Source: Pseudobacteriovorax sp. (lineage in GTDB: Bacteria; Bdellovibrionota_B; Oligoflexia; Oligoflexales; Oligoflexaceae). Taken from it: a stretch of 13,480 bases of DNA. Below, in pieces: positions 7,413 through 13,480 of this stretch. The notes under the pieces were generated by a model. It did no database searches, was not told where the DNA came from, and worked only from the letters and a program-made list of their open reading frames with translations. The first letter of the stretch is position 1; each line of letters opens with the position of its first letter. The DNA lies in assembly GCA_050293845.1 (NCBI GenBank), contig JBNKNM010000154.1, forward strand, positions 1 to 13,480. The letters are read 5' to 3'. The position numbers and the translations under genes are program-made.

Positions 7413-8526
7413 AAAAGCATATGTTTTGTTTAGGGTAGACAGCTCGCCCATTATTGGATACGGGCACGTATCCAGGTGCCTAACCTTAGCAAACAAAATG
7501 CGGGAATTAGATTATACTTGTATTTTTGTATGCAGATCATTCTTCCACTCTCAAATTAACGATATTCTCCACAATGGATATGAGGTTGTTTCTTTAGAGG
7601 CTCTTACAGAGCCACAGCCCGAAGACAAAACTTGTCTTTCTTGGTTAGGAGATGATACCGGACGAGATGCCTATGAATTTAGCCGCATCGTAGAAAGCCT
7701 AGGGAAAAATAATATCTATAGAATCATTATCGATCACTATGCAATTGATACGCACTGGGAACAGACCATAGGATTACCCCATAAGCTGGTTGTTATCGAT
7801 GATTTAGCAAATAGACCGCATATCTGCTCCTTACTCATTGATCAGAACTATGGAAAACAGAAAGAAGACTACATAGCTCTTGTTGCGAAATGGACAAAGT
7901 TACTTATAGGGTCTAGGTATTGCCTATTACGTCCTGAATTTTCAAAAAAATATCATCGCAAAGTGAATAAGAAACCAATTGTATTGATAGTTATGGGTGG
8001 CACTGATCCCCATAATATGAGTCTATATGTCATTGACGCTCTAAAAAGCCTAGCCGATGATATTACAATAAAAATTTTGATTGGCCCTAAATGTCCTCAT
8101 ATACCATTATTGAAAGTTGAAACAGCGAAGGCAAATAATATTACGCTTGAAATTGATTGTAAAAACATAGCACAGCTATTCAGCGTCAGTACTTTATCAA
8201 TTGGCGCTGTAGGTGGTTCCATTTGGGAAAGGTTTTCTATGGGTCTTCCCTCTATTTGCATTACAACCGCTCAAAACCAGATAAATGCAGCGCATAAACT
8301 ACACGATGATGGATTAATTGATTACCTCGGGCATCATAATTCCGTTCATAAAACACAGATTTTAGCTTCTGTACAACGATTTTTAAGCGGCAATAGCAGA
8401 CTTCAAGGGAAAGATATCAGCACGGTTTGTGATGGACTAGGAACAGAAAGAGTAATAAAGAGTATCCTGAACACTAAAGTGAGTCCATCAATGGACTTCT
8501 ATGCCGAGCAAAATGGTACCAATTAA
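7402..8526 (+). CDS. pseG: UDP-2,4-diacetamido-2,4,6-trideoxy-beta-L-altropyranose hydrolase
   Basis: FRVDSSPIIGYGHVSRCLTLA, IIDHY, VIDDLANRPH, LLRPEF, MGGTD, GSIWERFSMGLP, DGLG. Start revised to ATG 7402 (MANKKAYVLFR), overlapping the end of pseH by 11 nt; 374 aa. Confidence 0.92.
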   Translation: MANKKAYVLFRVDSSPIIGYGHVSRCLTLANKMRELDYTCIFVCRSFFHSQINDILHNGYEVVSLEALTEPQPEDKTCLSWLGDDTGRDAYEFSRIVESLGKNNIYRIIIDHYAIDTHWEQTIGLPHKLVVIDDLANRPHICSLLIDQNYGKQKEDYIALVAKWTKLLIGSRYCLLRPEFSKKYHRKVNKKPIVLIVMGGTDPHNMSLYVIDALKSLADDITIKILIGPKCPHIPLLKVETAKANNITLEIDCKNIAQLFSVSTLSIGAVGGSIWERFSMGLPSICITTAQNQINAAHKLHDDGLIDYLGHHNSVHKTQILASVQRFLSGNSRLQGKDISTVCDGLGTERVIKSILNTKVSPSMDFYAEQNGTN

Positions 8527-8539
8527 AATGGGAGAAAAA

Positions 8540-11823
<3,284 letters not shown>

Positions 11824-11830
<7 letters not shown>

Positions 11831-12540
11831 AAAATAGAACTATAGCGATAATTCCTGCCAGAGGTGGTAGTAAGAGAATTCCCCAAAAAAACATTCGACC
11901 ATTTTTGGATAAGCCTATTATAGCTTACTCGATCGAAGCAGCACAACGTTCGGAACTATTTGACGAAGTCATGGTTTCTACAGATTGTCAGAGGGTGAAA
12001 CAAGTGGCTTTAGATTACGGTGCCGTTGTCCCTTTTTTAAGGTCTTCAAAAAATTCAAATGACTTTGCCACGACCGCCGATGTGATTTCAGAAGTCATAG
12101 CGTGGTATGAAAATCATGATATGGGACTTGATATTTTCTGCTGCCTCTACCCTACAGCACCCATGATCACAGCTGAATTACTTAGGAAATCATATGATGA
12201 ATTTATCAATCATGGGTTCAGTTCACTAGTATCCATTTGTGCATATGACAAACCTATTTTTAGAGCTTTTAAGATAGATTCGGGAGTTCTTAAATTCAAA
12301 TGGCCGGAATACAAAGATACCAGAAGTCAAGATCTAGAAAAGCTATACTTCGATGCTGGTCAGTTTTACTGGGGACTCAAAGAAACCTTTCAAAAAGAAA
12401 AAACTCTTATTACTTCCAATGCTACGGGCTATCATCTTCCGGAACATATTGTACAAGATATTGATAATATATCTGATTGGCATAAAGCAGAGAGAAAATT
12501 TTTAGAAAAGGCTAACGATCACTCTTTGCACCTGGATTAA
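11824..12540 (+). CDS. pseF: Pseudaminic acid cytidylyltransferase (CMP-Pse synthetase)
   Basis: IAIIPARGGSKRIPQKNI, VSTD, VPFLRS, CCLYPTAP, RSQDL, DAGQFYW, QDID; overlaps the pseC stop by 7 nt. Confidence 0.94.
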
Positions 12541-12593
12541 TTTATTGTACCGAAATACTATATTCTCATTATTTAGTTTTATGAATTAGAAAG

Positions 12594-13412
12594 TTAAAGT
12601 TGTTCAGTGAGTCTAAATCCTTGTACACTCACAGCTACTACATTATCGGCATAACCTGAACAACTAAGCTCATTCACTTTAACATGAAATTCATGCACAA
12701 GATCCTTGAGTTTTTTCATATCAGTATTTTTAATTGCAATATAGCTTGTGGAAACCTCCCGGTCTTCAACCGGTTCCGCTAAAGCGTCTTTAGCTAAATC
12801 TAATAGTTGATGATGGTGTTTTTGAATGGCTTCACTTTTGATTTCTTTACCGATAAATAGATTCTTATTACTTTTTATAAGACGTTTATTTTTATCTCTT
12901 ATTAGCAGACCGAGTTTAATTAATCTATTTATAGCACTTTCAATAACTTGCTTTGGCACAGTTTTTTTAAGTCTGTCTGCGATATAGCTAGAATCCTCAT
13001 TAAAGTCTGCTAGGTCAACCATTTCCATGATAGCAAGATGATACCAGTCATTTATCAATTGAAATTTATCCAAATCGAGGGATGTTGTTGCCCTACAAGA
13101 AGTTTGTTCTAACATTAGACTTTGAAAAATAATTTTTTCCTGGTTTGTTTTCGCTCCGGCCATACCGACCATCAATACAAAGTACTTTTTTTCCTCAGTA
13201 TTGTGAACCAAATTCTTTTGCAGTTCAGATGTCATTTTCGCTGGTGGTTTTCGTTTACCATTTAGAACGTCCGATAATAAGCTGGGATTTTTATACCCTA
13301 ATTGGGTTGCCCAATTTCTCAAAGAGAAATTGGGGTGACTGGTTTGTCTATCGTGAAGAATGGCTACGAGATAGTCCTGTAAATTCGCATATTCGAAAAT
13401 GTTTGGTGACAT
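12594..13412 (-). CDS. TIGR02147/DUF4423-like protein with N-terminal HTH (putative DNA-binding regulator)
   Basis: N-terminus IFEY...DYL...NFSLRNWATQLGYKNPSLLSDVLNGKR (HTH-like), central DWYHLAIMEM, winged-helix-like AINRLIKLGLL, C-terminal HHQLLDLAKDAL..PVEDRE. 272 aa; AAGGA RBS; convergent with pseF. Confidence 0.82.
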   Translation of the reverse strand: MSPNIFEYANLQDYLVAILHDRQTSHPNFSLRNWATQLGYKNPSLLSDVLNGKRKPPAKMTSELQKNLVHNTEEKKYFVLMVGMAGAKTNQEKIIFQSLMLEQTSCRATTSLDLDKFQLINDWYHLAIMEMVDLADFNEDSSYIADRLKKTVPKQVIESAINRLIKLGLLIRDKNKRLIKSNKNLFIGKEIKSEAIQKHHHQLLDLAKDALAEPVEDREVSTSYIAIKNTDMKKLKDLVHEFHVKVNELSCSGYADNVVAVSVQGFRLTEQL

Positions 13413-13480
13413 GGTATTCCTTCTTTAAGATTTCAATCTTAAAAAACCTTATTCCGAACTACAATTTTTACTCAAATACC

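Noticed and set aside
12541..12593. Expected bidirectional terminator between convergent pseF and the HTH gene
   Set aside because: No GC-rich hairpin with a U-tract is visible in the 53-bp gap.

Overview
AT-rich bacterial surface-glycan biosynthesis locus with two divergent operons separated by a 335-bp intergenic region (6634-6968). The + strand carries a complete six-gene CMP-pseudaminic-acid-type pathway in the unusual order pseH-pseG-pseI-pseB-pseC-pseF. The - strand carries a 622-aa hypothetical protein (candidate glycosyltransferase-like), an inositol-monophosphatase-family phosphatase, a Gfo/Idh/MocA oxidoreductase, a divergent GmhA-like SIS isomerase, a D-2-hydroxyacid dehydrogenase, and a >=407-aa ORF that runs off the left edge and is missing from the supplied ORF track. 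A convergent TIGR02147/DUF4423-like HTH protein closes the window and hints at a Bdellovibrionota/Oligoflexia-like host. The most interesting element is the isomerase + two dehydrogenases + phosphatase module. By inference it could make a second acidic higher-carbon sugar (an aldonic or 2-ulosonic acid) by a PEP-independent route. No RNA genes, mobile elements or CRISPR arrays were seen. All family calls come from motif recognition by eye, not from database searches.
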